DNA of 64,000 bases from an uncultured Ignavibacteriales bacterium. GTDB lineage: Bacteria; Zixibacteria; MSB-5A5; GN15; FEB-12. This document shows positions 21,545 to 30,032 of the stretch, one piece after another; the first letter of the stretch is position 1; each line of letters begins with the position of its first letter. Location: positions 62,001-126,000 of the forward strand of contig CAYXJN010000007.1 of the NCBI GenBank assembly GCA_964464605.1, in the 5' to 3' direction. The position numbers and the translations under genes are program-made. The notes beneath the pieces are model-generated. The model was given only the letters and a program-made list of their open reading frames with translations, was not told the origin of the DNA and searched no databases.

Positions 21545-22628
21545 AAAGTGAAATTGCTCGGTATGAATATCGTGACGAAATCAATTCTGCTTCCTGACTT
21601 TTTTTTGTAATCACGACTACATCATCACGAGAAAATTGATTCAGCGGCAGTGTCGCCGGATAGCGATATTCCGCCTCCTTTCGCCAATCGGTTCTGGCAC
21701 CAACTGACTGAAACCGCCAGCGCTCCCGTACCTCTTTCAGTTCGTTACGTTCCAGATATTCGACCGGTAAAATTCCCGCCTTCAAAGCCGCCTCCTTGCG
21801 GATACCGATTCCATACGGCTCAAAACTCATTTCGCGGTATCGCATGCGCCAGCGCATGAGCGAAATAGCTTCAGGCGGCGTTAGCGCGGAAAAGGAAACG
21901 GTTGATACACCAGTAGGCATATGACGTGAGGATGCCACAATAGTATTGGTATCAAGTATGTTACATAACGTATCTAATCCGGTTCGGGGATATGTTTGCG
22001 ATTCGATAATCGCTTGATAAAAATCGAGCGGCCGTTCGGTCGGCCAGGGGCGTGTGGTTGCCCGCGTCCAGTGAAAGAGAAAATCAGCGCCGAGTGAATA
22101 TATCTCCTGATTAATCTGTTCACAGGAATAGGCAGTTTTGATTACTGTTTTTTGCGTTGCATAGGGAACGCGAAAAGATTCGTTTATCCTTAGGTACGCC
22201 TGATGTCTAAGTATGTTTTCCCAATTTCCCCCTTTGCGAATCGAAACCGGAAACAGAATATCAGCCGTCTGAACGATATGGGCATCTAATAAAGCAGATA
22301 CTTCCTCCTTTACCGTTTTCAGTTTTGCGGGTATAAAAACTATTTCGGCATCACGACCATATAAATCGAAGGTATCTTTGATCTCAGAGAGTGAATTGAA
22401 TGTTGTTACAATCGTGACTGGAACGCCGGATAGTGATGCCAGTGATAAGACCAGTTCCCATGTCGGCGCATGGAGCCCCGTCACAATTCGGTAGTCCTGT
22501 TCTTTCACCCACTGAATCGCCCGTTTTGCAGCGTGGACCCATTCGGATGCTCCGGTTGGGTACATAGGCTGCCGCGAGAGTAAAATTGTGGCATATTTCC
22601 CCCTGCCCATGCCGCCAAGATATGTCAC
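21447..22628 (-). CDS. Hypothetical protein; putative SLOG/DprA-like N-terminus plus AbiGi/ART-like C-terminus
   Basis: 393-aa ORF. Family assignment is motif-based inference (ADILFPVSIRKGG; FHWT, SFS, YGIG, WRKEAEYR). Overlaps the convergent peptidase 3' end by 98 bp. Confidence 0.55.
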   Translation of the reverse strand: MTYLGGMGRGKYATILLSRQPMYPTGASEWVHAAKRAIQWVKEQDYRIVTGLHAPTWELVLSLASLSGVPVTIVTTFNSLSEIKDTFDLYGRDAEIVFIPAKLKTVKEEVSALLDAHIVQTADILFPVSIRKGGNWENILRHQAYLRINESFRVPYATQKTVIKTAYSCEQINQEIYSLGADFLFHWTRATTRPWPTERPLDFYQAIIESQTYPRTGLDTLCNILDTNTIVASSRHMPTGVSTVSFSALTPPEAISLMRWRMRYREMSFEPYGIGIRKEAALKAGILPVEYLERNELKEVRERWRFQSVGARTDWRKEAEYRYPATLPLNQFSRDDVVVITKKSQEAELISSRYSYRAISLFTDKFPDWRRHGRENSPERLNRQHLYCRQHLR

Positions 22629-22705
22629 GCAAGGACTGAGAGTGTCACATTATCTGCCGGAAAAAATCAGTTGTTATGCTCCCGGAACTGATATTATTGT
22701 GATAT

Positions 22706-23920
22706 ATGCGCTTACTGGGAATGGTGAGTGTTTGCCTCATACTGAGTTTTGCTGTAACTGCCTCGGCCCGTCAGTTTACGGTCGAGCGGGGCAATGCCTT
22801 GCAGTCGACAATCGATCAAGCCAAAAGCGGTGACACGATTATCATCGGGGAAAAAACAATCGAAGCCTCCCCGCTTCTATTCACCGATCCGCTCTGCGGG
22901 AATTGTCAAAATCCGAAAGATGGCGCGAAAGCCTCGACCGGCTTTGTCATTCGTAATAAATCAATAGTCTTAGTCGGCAAAGACCGCGCACAAACCCGTC
23001 TGATAACGAACGCCGGCTATGGCATCTACTTTGAGAATTCTCCCAACTCGATCATCCGCAATCTGACGATTACCGGCGGTAAGCGGGATAAAGACGGTAA
23101 TGCGACTGACGCCGCTATCGTCGTCCGGAATTCACGCGTTTTGATAGAAGATGTCGATATCGTCGACAACTCTCATTATTTCGATTCAACCATTGTCGGT
23201 ATCGGTGGTGTGTTCGGTCGGGAAAATGCGGACATTACTATCCGTAATTGCCGGATTATGAATAATAGTTGGGATGGTATCGCGCTCTATCGCGGCGCAA
23301 CTGCATTGGTTACTGATTGTATAATCAAAAACGGACGCGGCGCCGGAATCGGGGTTACCTGGGATGCTACCTGCACCGCCTATCGCAACGAAGTGACCGG
23401 CTACTGGAAAGGAATCGGCGCATTCGGGACCTCATGGGTTATCGCGCGAAATAATTTAGTGCATAACAATCTCGGCTGGGGATTGATAGCAACCGGCAGT
23501 TCGTATATGGATATGACCAACAATGTTGTCTATCACAACGGCAACTGCGGTATTGCTCCCTGGTCGACAGAAAGTCGCGGACGAATCGTAAACAATATCA
23601 TCGCCGAAAACGGCTGGCGGGATCAGTGGGTTTGTCCCTGTGTCGGCGTTTGGAATTACGGTGACTGGGCGAAATGGGAATTTGCGTTTAACATCGTCTG
23701 GAAAAATTCTGCCGGAAATTATCAGGGAATTTGGGATCAGACTGATTTGAACGGAAACTTAACCGTCGATCCGCTTTTTGCCGATTCAATCGGCTTTGCT
23801 TTACAACCGTCAGCTCCTACCATGAACGTCGGCGACAGCACACGGTTTAATCCGGACGGCACTCGTTCCCATATCGGCTTGTTCGGCGGACCGCAAGCAT
23901 GGCAAAACAGTAAGCGCTGA
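22706..23920 (+). CDS. Secreted right-handed parallel beta-helix repeat protein
   Basis: LQSTIDQAKSGDTI start, repeated I.NN...GI motifs, DPLF and HIGLFGG tail. Confidence 0.85.
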   Translation: MRLLGMVSVCLILSFAVTASARQFTVERGNALQSTIDQAKSGDTIIIGEKTIEASPLLFTDPLCGNCQNPKDGAKASTGFVIRNKSIVLVGKDRAQTRLITNAGYGIYFENSPNSIIRNLTITGGKRDKDGNATDAAIVVRNSRVLIEDVDIVDNSHYFDSTIVGIGGVFGRENADITIRNCRIMNNSWDGIALYRGATALVTDCIIKNGRGAGIGVTWDATCTAYRNEVTGYWKGIGAFGTSWVIARNNLVHNNLGWGLIATGSSYMDMTNNVVYHNGNCGIAPWSTESRGRIVNNIIAENGWRDQWVCPCVGVWNYGDWAKWEFAFNIVWKNSAGNYQGIWDQTDLNGNLTVDPLFADSIGFALQPSAPTMNVGDSTRFNPDGTRSHIGLFGGPQAWQNSKR

Positions 23921-24015
23921 CTCGCTTCAATTCAGATTGTGTCCCCCGCACATTTTCACTATGCTAACGTGATTAAACACTACTCACCTTTGGGAATAAT
24001 TGAGGTAACATCAAC

Positions 24016-25026
24016 ATGAAAAACAGAACTCGCTGGCTCCCGTTTCTTTTGTCATCGGCCTTGCTGTTTAGCTTTGTCGGATGCAGCGATGATAAAGAAA
24101 CCACCAAAACGTACACCGATGGGGATGAATCATCCGAAGAGTTTCAGGCATTGGAAAGCGGCGCTGATGGTGCATTAGACCTTACCGGCGATATGCTTTT
24201 CGGAGCGATAGTCATTGCAGATATGATTCTGGATGATTCCACAAATCCGAACGCCGGTAAAATCCGTCTTGCCCCCTCTTACTCACTTGCGGACAGCGTT
24301 CCCGTTATCGCCTTTACCAAAGATTATCGTGAAGGAACCGGTGATTGGTTTGTCACCTTGACAATTCAACTCGCCGATGAAACCGACACCCTTGCCCTCC
24401 ATTATGCCGACTCGATGAAGTTCTTCCACGGCAACACCCCCGTTCAGTGGCCGGATTCAGCAGCTTTGACCGGTATCCAAAACGGAATGGCGCTCGAAGT
24501 TGAAGTCGTTTCCGGCGGTGTCGGCAAAGCGAATCATGGCGGCATTTTCGCCGGACATAGCTGGACCATTGCCGGTGACTCAGGCGCACTTGCTTCCGGC
24601 GGTGATATAGCGGTACAAGGGACTGGATTCTGCGATATCGAATTTGAATTTGAAATTTCTGGCGGTCATGGTTTGGCGCAGGATGCCAATCATATGCAGT
24701 GCAGCGGACTGTTTGACTTCGGACTCGGCATTAACGGATTAGCTGTCAATTTAACTGTGCTTGAAAATGACGGCTGCCCGACCAGCGGTAGTATAAACTA
24801 CAGCGGCGAAGTCGAAGTCGCCTGTTTCGCCGATAGCGCCGCTCTTGAAGTGACCGGAGATCATACCGTTGACGTACAGTTCTCGGGCGATTCGACCGTT
24901 TTTGTCATTCGCAGCGGTGACACCGAATGGCGGGCGTCCGAAGCATGCAGCCAAGATGTAAGACGGAATACGGTCGGTCGATGGGAACAAATCACTGACC
25001 GGCTTCTGGCATCACAGCGAAAATAA
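24016..25026 (+). CDS. Hypothetical acidic lipoprotein
   Basis: Lipobox FVGC; RBS gaggt; followed by a terminator-like hairpin at about 25056-25090. Confidence 0.75.
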   Translation: MKNRTRWLPFLLSSALLFSFVGCSDDKETTKTYTDGDESSEEFQALESGADGALDLTGDMLFGAIVIADMILDDSTNPNAGKIRLAPSYSLADSVPVIAFTKDYREGTGDWFVTLTIQLADETDTLALHYADSMKFFHGNTPVQWPDSAALTGIQNGMALEVEVVSGGVGKANHGGIFAGHSWTIAGDSGALASGGDIAVQGTGFCDIEFEFEISGGHGLAQDANHMQCSGLFDFGLGINGLAVNLTVLENDGCPTSGSINYSGEVEVACFADSAALEVTGDHTVDVQFSGDSTVFVIRSGDTEWRASEACSQDVRRNTVGRWEQITDRLLASQRK

Positions 25027-25088
25027 CTGAGCCAAAGTAAGCAAAGATACCTGCAAAGCAGCGCTCAACCGTGCGCTGCTTTTTTTAT

Positions 25089-25445
25089 TTATTGTGTCGG
25101 CGCGCCGGTGCCGCGAAACATAAAGTACGCTGCACCAACCAAACATAACCCAGCCCAGAGAAAATCAAGTTTCAGCCCTTCTTTCATATACAGCACGGAA
25201 AACAGCGCGAAGACGGCCATCGTAATAATCTCCTGCATTACTTTCAGCTGTCCGAGCGAATAGAAATTATAGCCGATTCGATTGGCCGGTACCTGAAAAC
25301 AGTATTCGCAAAACGCGACTCCCCAGCTGATAAGAATGACCATTAGCAACGGCTTGTCTTTGAAATCTTTCAGATGCCCGTACCAGGCGTAGGTCATAAA
25401 CACGTTGGCGACTGTCAGCAGCAATACCGGGGTGTACCGTTCCAT
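25089..25445 (-). CDS. DMT-family small membrane protein (DUF486-like)
   Basis: NVFMTYAWYGHLK, SWG.A..EY.FQVPANRIG and QLKVMQE motifs. Confidence 0.9.
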   Translation of the reverse strand: MERYTPVLLLTVANVFMTYAWYGHLKDFKDKPLLMVILISWGVAFCEYCFQVPANRIGYNFYSLGQLKVMQEIITMAVFALFSVLYMKEGLKLDFLWAGLCLVGAAYFMFRGTGAPTQ

Positions 25446-25519
25446 AAACATCCTTAATGAAGTTGTCTCGTTTCAATTGGGGGGATATATACGGAAGGGC
25501 AAATCGGCTGGCAATGATA

Positions 25520-25545
25520 CAAAAAACCCGAAGCGAATTACCGGT
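25520..25545. repeat. Direct repeat copy 1 (caaaaaacc-cgaagcgaattaccggt)
   Basis: 14-bp identical core cgaagcgaattacc shared with 27385-27411. Confidence 0.6.
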
Positions 25546-25556
25546 CAGGTATACAC

Positions 25557-26375
25557 TTATTGAGTGGCGTGAACAATGATGCCGTCTGATGATACGATTT
25601 GTCTGGTTTGGTTGGGGCCAAAGGAAACGAAGAAGGTAATGGTAGCCCCTATTTTTTCTCCGTTTACTTCCGGGGGGCGAACAAACAGTCGATCATTAAG
25701 CGACGGAGTTACTCCTCGCGCCAAATCCTGTCCTTCCGGAGTTTCACTCTCTACTGCCAGGTGAAAACGTCCACACGGCTCTATCCGCATGGAATACACT
25801 ACACTGCATTCCTGAATTTGCGCCAGCGCCGGCGGTGGGATTACTCCGTGTAGGAATATTTCTATCGGTTTATCAGGAATTGGCTTTTGAATATCGGGGA
25901 GTGCACTGTTTGGCATTTTCCATTCCGACTTGGGGAACTCGGGTAAACCGAGGTCCCCTGAGTCGAATGCATATTCTCCATTACTTCCGGCATCACCGTT
26001 TCCAAAATCAATCGGCTCTCCAATAGCCGGAGCCTCGACACTATGGGCAGACGCAAATGTAGCCGTTTTTGGTACGTCTTCAGGGGGCATCGGCAAAGCA
26101 TCAGGAATTATCCGAAGATTTTTTCCGATATACCCCCCTGTAAAACCATTCTCTTGCTCACGAGAACGACCAGCTACTCGCTCACCTGCTTCTATTGACT
26201 CTTTTTTCTTAAAGTCGGTGTTTGTCTGAAAACGGGACGTCGCCTGTGGACCGTCTAAAGCAAGCAAAGCAACGACAATCCCCGCGACAAAAACCGCGAG
26301 AGTCAGATAGACCCGCTTTGCAATAGACGAATCAACATGACTCGCCCGGGATGTGCGAAATAATGATGTACTCAA
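25557..26375 (-). CDS. Hypothetical membrane-anchored protein with TonB-like architecture
   Basis: Single N-terminal TM, Pro-rich linker, and a C-terminal domain ending PPEVNGEKIGATITFFVSF that resembles the TonB C-terminus. Confidence 0.5.
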   Translation of the reverse strand: MSTSLFRTSRASHVDSSIAKRVYLTLAVFVAGIVVALLALDGPQATSRFQTNTDFKKKESIEAGERVAGRSREQENGFTGGYIGKNLRIIPDALPMPPEDVPKTATFASAHSVEAPAIGEPIDFGNGDAGSNGEYAFDSGDLGLPEFPKSEWKMPNSALPDIQKPIPDKPIEIFLHGVIPPPALAQIQECSVVYSMRIEPCGRFHLAVESETPEGQDLARGVTPSLNDRLFVRPPEVNGEKIGATITFFVSFGPNQTRQIVSSDGIIVHATQ

Positions 26376-26384
26376 AAAGCCCTG

Positions 26385-26552
26385 CTACCAGACTATCCAG
26401 CCACCGACACAGTTGGCGATGGAAAGGATTATACACCAGTCAGACACGCAATTTTCAAGCGCATTGCATGCGGCAATACCCGCAAATGACATAATAGGCA
26501 TAGCGCCGACCATGCACATGGCAAGAGCAAGTTTGTTCAGTAGTTTTTTCAT
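26385..26552 (-). CDS. Small secreted Cys-containing peptide (55 aa)
   Basis: AAAGGAGG RBS; MKKLLNKLALAMCMVGAMPIMSFA signal plus a 31-aa mature part with 4 Cys. Confidence 0.65.
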   Translation of the reverse strand: MKKLLNKLALAMCMVGAMPIMSFAGIAACNALENCVSDWCIILSIANCVGGWIVW

Positions 26553-27118
26553 TGTTTTGTTGCCTCCTTTTGATTGTGTAGAGAAAAGGGCTTCAAATAA
26601 TCGGCCCATGTCATGACATCGTTAGCGACCATATGTGTCGATTGAGTCGTCGGATCGATTTGAAATATGACTAACCGGAACTGCTCAGGTGATAGGTTCA
26701 TGCAACTGCATGACAGACGACAATCCAGCAAAATAGAGGTGTTACCTGTAGTTATATCGATGTCTGGATGCAAAAGAAAGGGAAAGAGTGCCGTTCTATC
26801 CAGCGGCATTGCGCTGCTAATGGAATCAGCTATTCGCTGCGCTACCGGCATGACGGATTTTTCTATCTCCGTTGACAGAACTGAGCCGATACTCACGAAC
26901 TGTACCTCCTCAAGGGCCGCCCGTGACGGCGGAAAGGCGCGCTCATATCTGTTCCAACCGATCAGTACGAGCATTAAATAGCCGATTGCAAGGGGGATAC
27001 CAATAAACAAAAGAAGTCGTAAACGTGTAGCACCGGTACTGCCCTTCAACCATTGCCACATAGATATTGTCGGCAAATTGTTTTCCCGACTTTGCTCTAA
27101 TCCTCTACCGACATCCAC
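26549..27118 (-). CDS. Hypothetical single-TM protein
   Basis: 189-aa ORF whose stop overlaps the peptide start (ATGA coupling). Confidence 0.55.
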   Translation of the reverse strand: MDVGRGLEQSRENNLPTISMWQWLKGSTGATRLRLLLFIGIPLAIGYLMLVLIGWNRYERAFPPSRAALEEVQFVSIGSVLSTEIEKSVMPVAQRIADSISSAMPLDRTALFPFLLHPDIDITTGNTSILLDCRLSCSCMNLSPEQFRLVIFQIDPTTQSTHMVANDVMTWADYLKPFSLHNQKEATKQ

Positions 27119-27384
27119 CTCAAACTGCCCTTCGACGTGTTGGATAGCAAAAAAACATCACCCGGAACGACAATAAAGTCGTGCCGCTTGCTTCCTCTAA
27201 TTAATTGAAAGAACTACTGCGAGATACGCCGCCCTAAGAAGTTGCGCCTAATATATCGAATGAGATGTCAAATAATGACAGTCAGGTCTATAGTTTTTTG
27301 CATGAACAAGATTAGATAGCAATAGCTTAGAATAAAGTTACACGCTCACAGTAGCGGCAACATCTGAAATCATGCTGATAATTG

Positions 27385-27411
27385 CAAAAAGCCGCGAAGC
27401 GAATTACCCGT
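27385..27411. repeat. Direct repeat copy 2, followed by an imperfect palindrome (27410-27440)
   Basis: caaaaagccgcgaagcgaattacccgt, then gtggcgtagccactgccagtggtgcgaccac. Confidence 0.6.
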
Positions 27412-27440
27412 GGCGTAGCCACTGCCAGTGGTGCGACCAC

Positions 27441-27920
27441 TCAGTCAAACTCGTACTTGGCGTCGGGTGGGGATTGCTCGAACCCAACACGACCGATAGA
27501 AATATCAGCTCGATTATAGCTCTCCCCTTTCATCGGGTTACCGGATAAACGGCGAAGCATAGCCAACTGCCCGGTATGGGTGAGTGCATCAGCAACCGGC
27601 CCTTGGAATAAACGGGTGAGCTCCCAGGTGACCGGTAAACCGGAAGCAAGATAATCATCGAACGTTTGAAGAGTCGCAAAGAATCGCTGACATTCGGCAT
27701 GCCATGTTTGAGGGGTGGCGGTATTCCATTTCGGTTCCCCTTTAGCCATCGTTAGCGCCCAATCAAAGAGGTCCCCCATATGCGCGACGATTTGAAGCGG
27801 AGTTTTAGAACTCGGATTAGATTTGTAGTCAGGAAAAGCTTCCGATGCACCCCGCATCGTTTTGGCCGCGCGGTACGCGAGGGTCGCTATGGTATGTCTC
27901 AAAAATTCTATGTCGGTCAT
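27441..27920 (-). CDS. DinB/YfiT-like four-helix protein
   Basis: TP.QIVAHM and LTHTGQLAMLRRL.G.P motifs; AGGAG RBS. Confidence 0.8.
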   Translation of the reverse strand: MTDIEFLRHTIATLAYRAAKTMRGASEAFPDYKSNPSSKTPLQIVAHMGDLFDWALTMAKGEPKWNTATPQTWHAECQRFFATLQTFDDYLASGLPVTWELTRLFQGPVADALTHTGQLAMLRRLSGNPMKGESYNRADISIGRVGFEQSPPDAKYEFD

Positions 27921-28052
27921 GAGGGCTCCTATAGACACCTAACTATAATAGATACTTGTACATACAAACGAAATTTAACTAAGACGTCAACCATATTTAA
28001 CTAGCATAACCTTCGGAATTTACAAATGTGATACTCAAAATTCATTTTTCGC

Positions 28053-28101
28053 TTGCACAGAGGTATTCACTACTGTATTTCAGGTCGTTGTTCTTTGAAA
28101 A
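28053..28101 (+). promoter_or_regulatory. Possible sigma70 promoter followed by a boxA-like antitermination motif
   Basis: TTGCAC-N17-TATTTC (weak -10), then tgttctttgaaaa at 28089-28101. Confidence 0.4.
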
Positions 28102-28112
28102 AAATATTTTTA

Positions 28113-28388
28113 GCCTTTGGCGTTCCTTACTTACCCCCTGACCGTCCACCTCTGGACGATTTATGAAGAGCTACTCTTATTGGGTAGCTGACTTCCTATT
28201 TGGAAGGTTCCCGGAAACGCTGTAGATAAAGTAGAGGTCAAAAAACGGCCCTGCGGGCGGCTTTGTAGACAGAGCTGTTCGTAAATACTTAGTTCTTACG
28301 GTTGTTTCAGCATTAAAGAGGAGACAGTAGCGTTGATAAATTTCATCGGTTGCTATTGTTCGACATTAACATCAGGGGGCAAAGGAGG
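28113..28388 (+). ncRNA. Candidate RT-associated structured ncRNA (retron msr/msd-like or related)
   Basis: ORF-free. Closed by ccccctga (28134-41) / tcaggggg (28372-79) plus cctttg (28114-19) / caaagg (28380-85). Internal hairpins cgtcca/tggacg, agctactc/gggtagct, cttcc/ggaag, gccc/gggc and acagtagc/gctattgt. Lies directly upstream of the small ORF-RT pair. Confidence 0.6.
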
Positions 28389-28393
28389 ATCTA

Positions 28394-28723
28394 ATGTCTC
28401 GTAAGCGGACAACGCCATCGGCAAATCCTGATGAGCAACTTTCTTTTTGCTTCTATGAAGCGAATCGAAAGCCTTCTCTCAGGAAGTCGGTGGAGAAAGA
28501 GTTCACAAACCGAGCGCCACGGAAACGACCCAAGAAACCGCCTAGCAATAGAGCCGGATGGTTCGAAAGCTTGTTTCGATTCTTGAAAGCAACAGAAGTG
28601 GTAGTTAGTTTGGTGAATAAAATCCATTCCTTTTTTAGCTGCTCATTTCGTTTTTTTTATATGGTAGTGTTCAAAAATGACAGAACAAAAAAAATTCAAG
28701 CATTTAAACATTCGGAGTACTGA
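28394..28723 (+). CDS. Small basic protein with amphipathic C-terminal helix; candidate RT partner or effector
   Basis: Strong AAAGGAGG RBS 5 nt before ATG; overlaps the RT start by 47 nt; no family recognised. Confidence 0.5.
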   Translation: MSRKRTTPSANPDEQLSFCFYEANRKPSLRKSVEKEFTNRAPRKRPKKPPSNRAGWFESLFRFLKATEVVVSLVNKIHSFFSCSFRFFYMVVFKNDRTKKIQAFKHSEY

Positions 28724-29693
28724 GCATCTCGCCCTCTTACTCGGAACAGATGTAAATGAGTTACTTAGGATTTGTGAAGGGTTAGATAAAAACGCTAATA
28801 ACTTCTATCGTCGAAGTATTATTCGTAAAAAAGGAAAAAAGCCCAGACCATCGGCTAAACCTCTTGGACGATTTGGTTCAATTAATAAGCGTCTTCATAG
28901 TTACCTCCAGAGACTTGAATTTCCAGAAAGTATGCATGGAGGACTAAAAGGTAAGTCAACGTTTTCTTACGCACTCCCTCATCTTCGAAAAAACCTGATT
29001 CTAAAATTTGATATTAAGGACTGCTTTCCAAATATTAACAGACATATGGTATATCGTGCTTTTAAGCGATTAGGTTGCGCACCTGATGTCTGCAAATACT
29101 TGACTCGTTTGACTACACTGGACAATCAATTACCTCAAGGTTCTCCAACAAGTATGATTGTTGCAAATATAGTAAGCACTAATTTAGCAATAAGACTTGA
29201 TAAATTAGCGAAAATAATAGGCGCTAACTTTGGATCCTACGTAGACGATATAACATTGTCTGGGCCTGTTTATATTCGAAAAATAAAATCGCTAGTTTTA
29301 AGAATCATGCGGCAGGAAGGATTTACTCCTAACGAAGAAAAAACAGAAATATTATTTAATAATAAAGAAGAACAAGTAATAGCAGGGAATAGAGTCAACA
29401 ACGGCTTTGATATTCCTTCAAAAAAAGTATTAGAAGTAAAGAACTTGATAGAAGAATTAGCGAATACATTAAAATCGGGTAAACGTCCACAACCCAGACA
29501 ACTATCATCTATTGAAGGAAAAATAATATATGTCCGACGATTAAATAAAGGGGTTGCAAAATATTTATCGAAGCAATTGGGTAAAGCCCTTGAACTATTT
29601 TGCCATAATCAGCTAAACGGAGTATCGAAGCAAAGAAATCAGAATGGCCGATCCCGTAAATTCATCAACTTTTTACCTCTTCCACGCTCCTAA
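28677..29693 (+). CDS. Retron-like RNA-directed DNA polymerase (reverse transcriptase)
   Basis: DIKDCFPNI, LPQGSPTS and YVDDITLSG motifs; region X-like YALPH (NAxxH variant) and region Y-like VIAG.RVN (VTG variant); 338 aa with no maturase or endonuclease domain. Confidence 0.9.
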   Translation: MTEQKKFKHLNIRSTEHLALLLGTDVNELLRICEGLDKNANNFYRRSIIRKKGKKPRPSAKPLGRFGSINKRLHSYLQRLEFPESMHGGLKGKSTFSYALPHLRKNLILKFDIKDCFPNINRHMVYRAFKRLGCAPDVCKYLTRLTTLDNQLPQGSPTSMIVANIVSTNLAIRLDKLAKIIGANFGSYVDDITLSGPVYIRKIKSLVLRIMRQEGFTPNEEKTEILFNNKEEQVIAGNRVNNGFDIPSKKVLEVKNLIEELANTLKSGKRPQPRQLSSIEGKIIYVRRLNKGVAKYLSKQLGKALELFCHNQLNGVSKQRNQNGRSRKFINFLPLPRS

Positions 29694-30015
29694 ACACCTG
29701 CAACCCGCGCTTTTTAAACGACTCCACTTCCTCATCTGCACCCTTCGATGCGCCGCCGATGCGAAGGATGGCATCGCAGCGTTCGGCGAGCGCCAATGAG
29801 ATCGGCATCATAATTTCGTCGTAACGTTCTTCCCCGGCGGCATCAATAACCGGCAATGCCATATTCACGCCGATTACCGGAATATGCCCTTTTTTGAAAA
29901 TGGCGTAGGCGGCTTCGTTCATAGCGCGCAGGTTGGCCGCACGCTCTTCAGCGGTCTTTGCCCCGCTGCCATACGGCCCGGCGATCATGATCCAGAGCGG
30001 TTTCGGTTTGTTCAT
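29665..30015 (-). CDS. DUF4406 / nucleoside deoxyribosyltransferase-like small protein
   Basis: IMIAGPY, GHIPVIG, CDAILRIGGASKGADEE motifs. Confidence 0.75.
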   Translation of the reverse strand: MNKPKPLWIMIAGPYGSGAKTAEERAANLRAMNEAAYAIFKKGHIPVIGVNMALPVIDAAGEERYDEIMMPISLALAERCDAILRIGGASKGADEEVESFKKRGLQVFRSVEEVKS

Positions 30016-30032
30016 GGAGTATTCCCCTTAAA

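Noticed and set aside
28180..28365. DRT2-style hidden 'never-ending' ORF in the RT ncRNA
   Set aside because: One antisense frame is stop-free for about 62 codons but has no ATG. The agacag direct repeats are 55 nt apart (not a multiple of 3), and the RT looks retron-like rather than DRT2-like.
28677..29693. Group II intron, DGR or CRISPR-associated RT
   Set aside because: No maturase/endonuclease extension or intron domain V, no TR/VR repeat pair or avd, and no cas1 or array.
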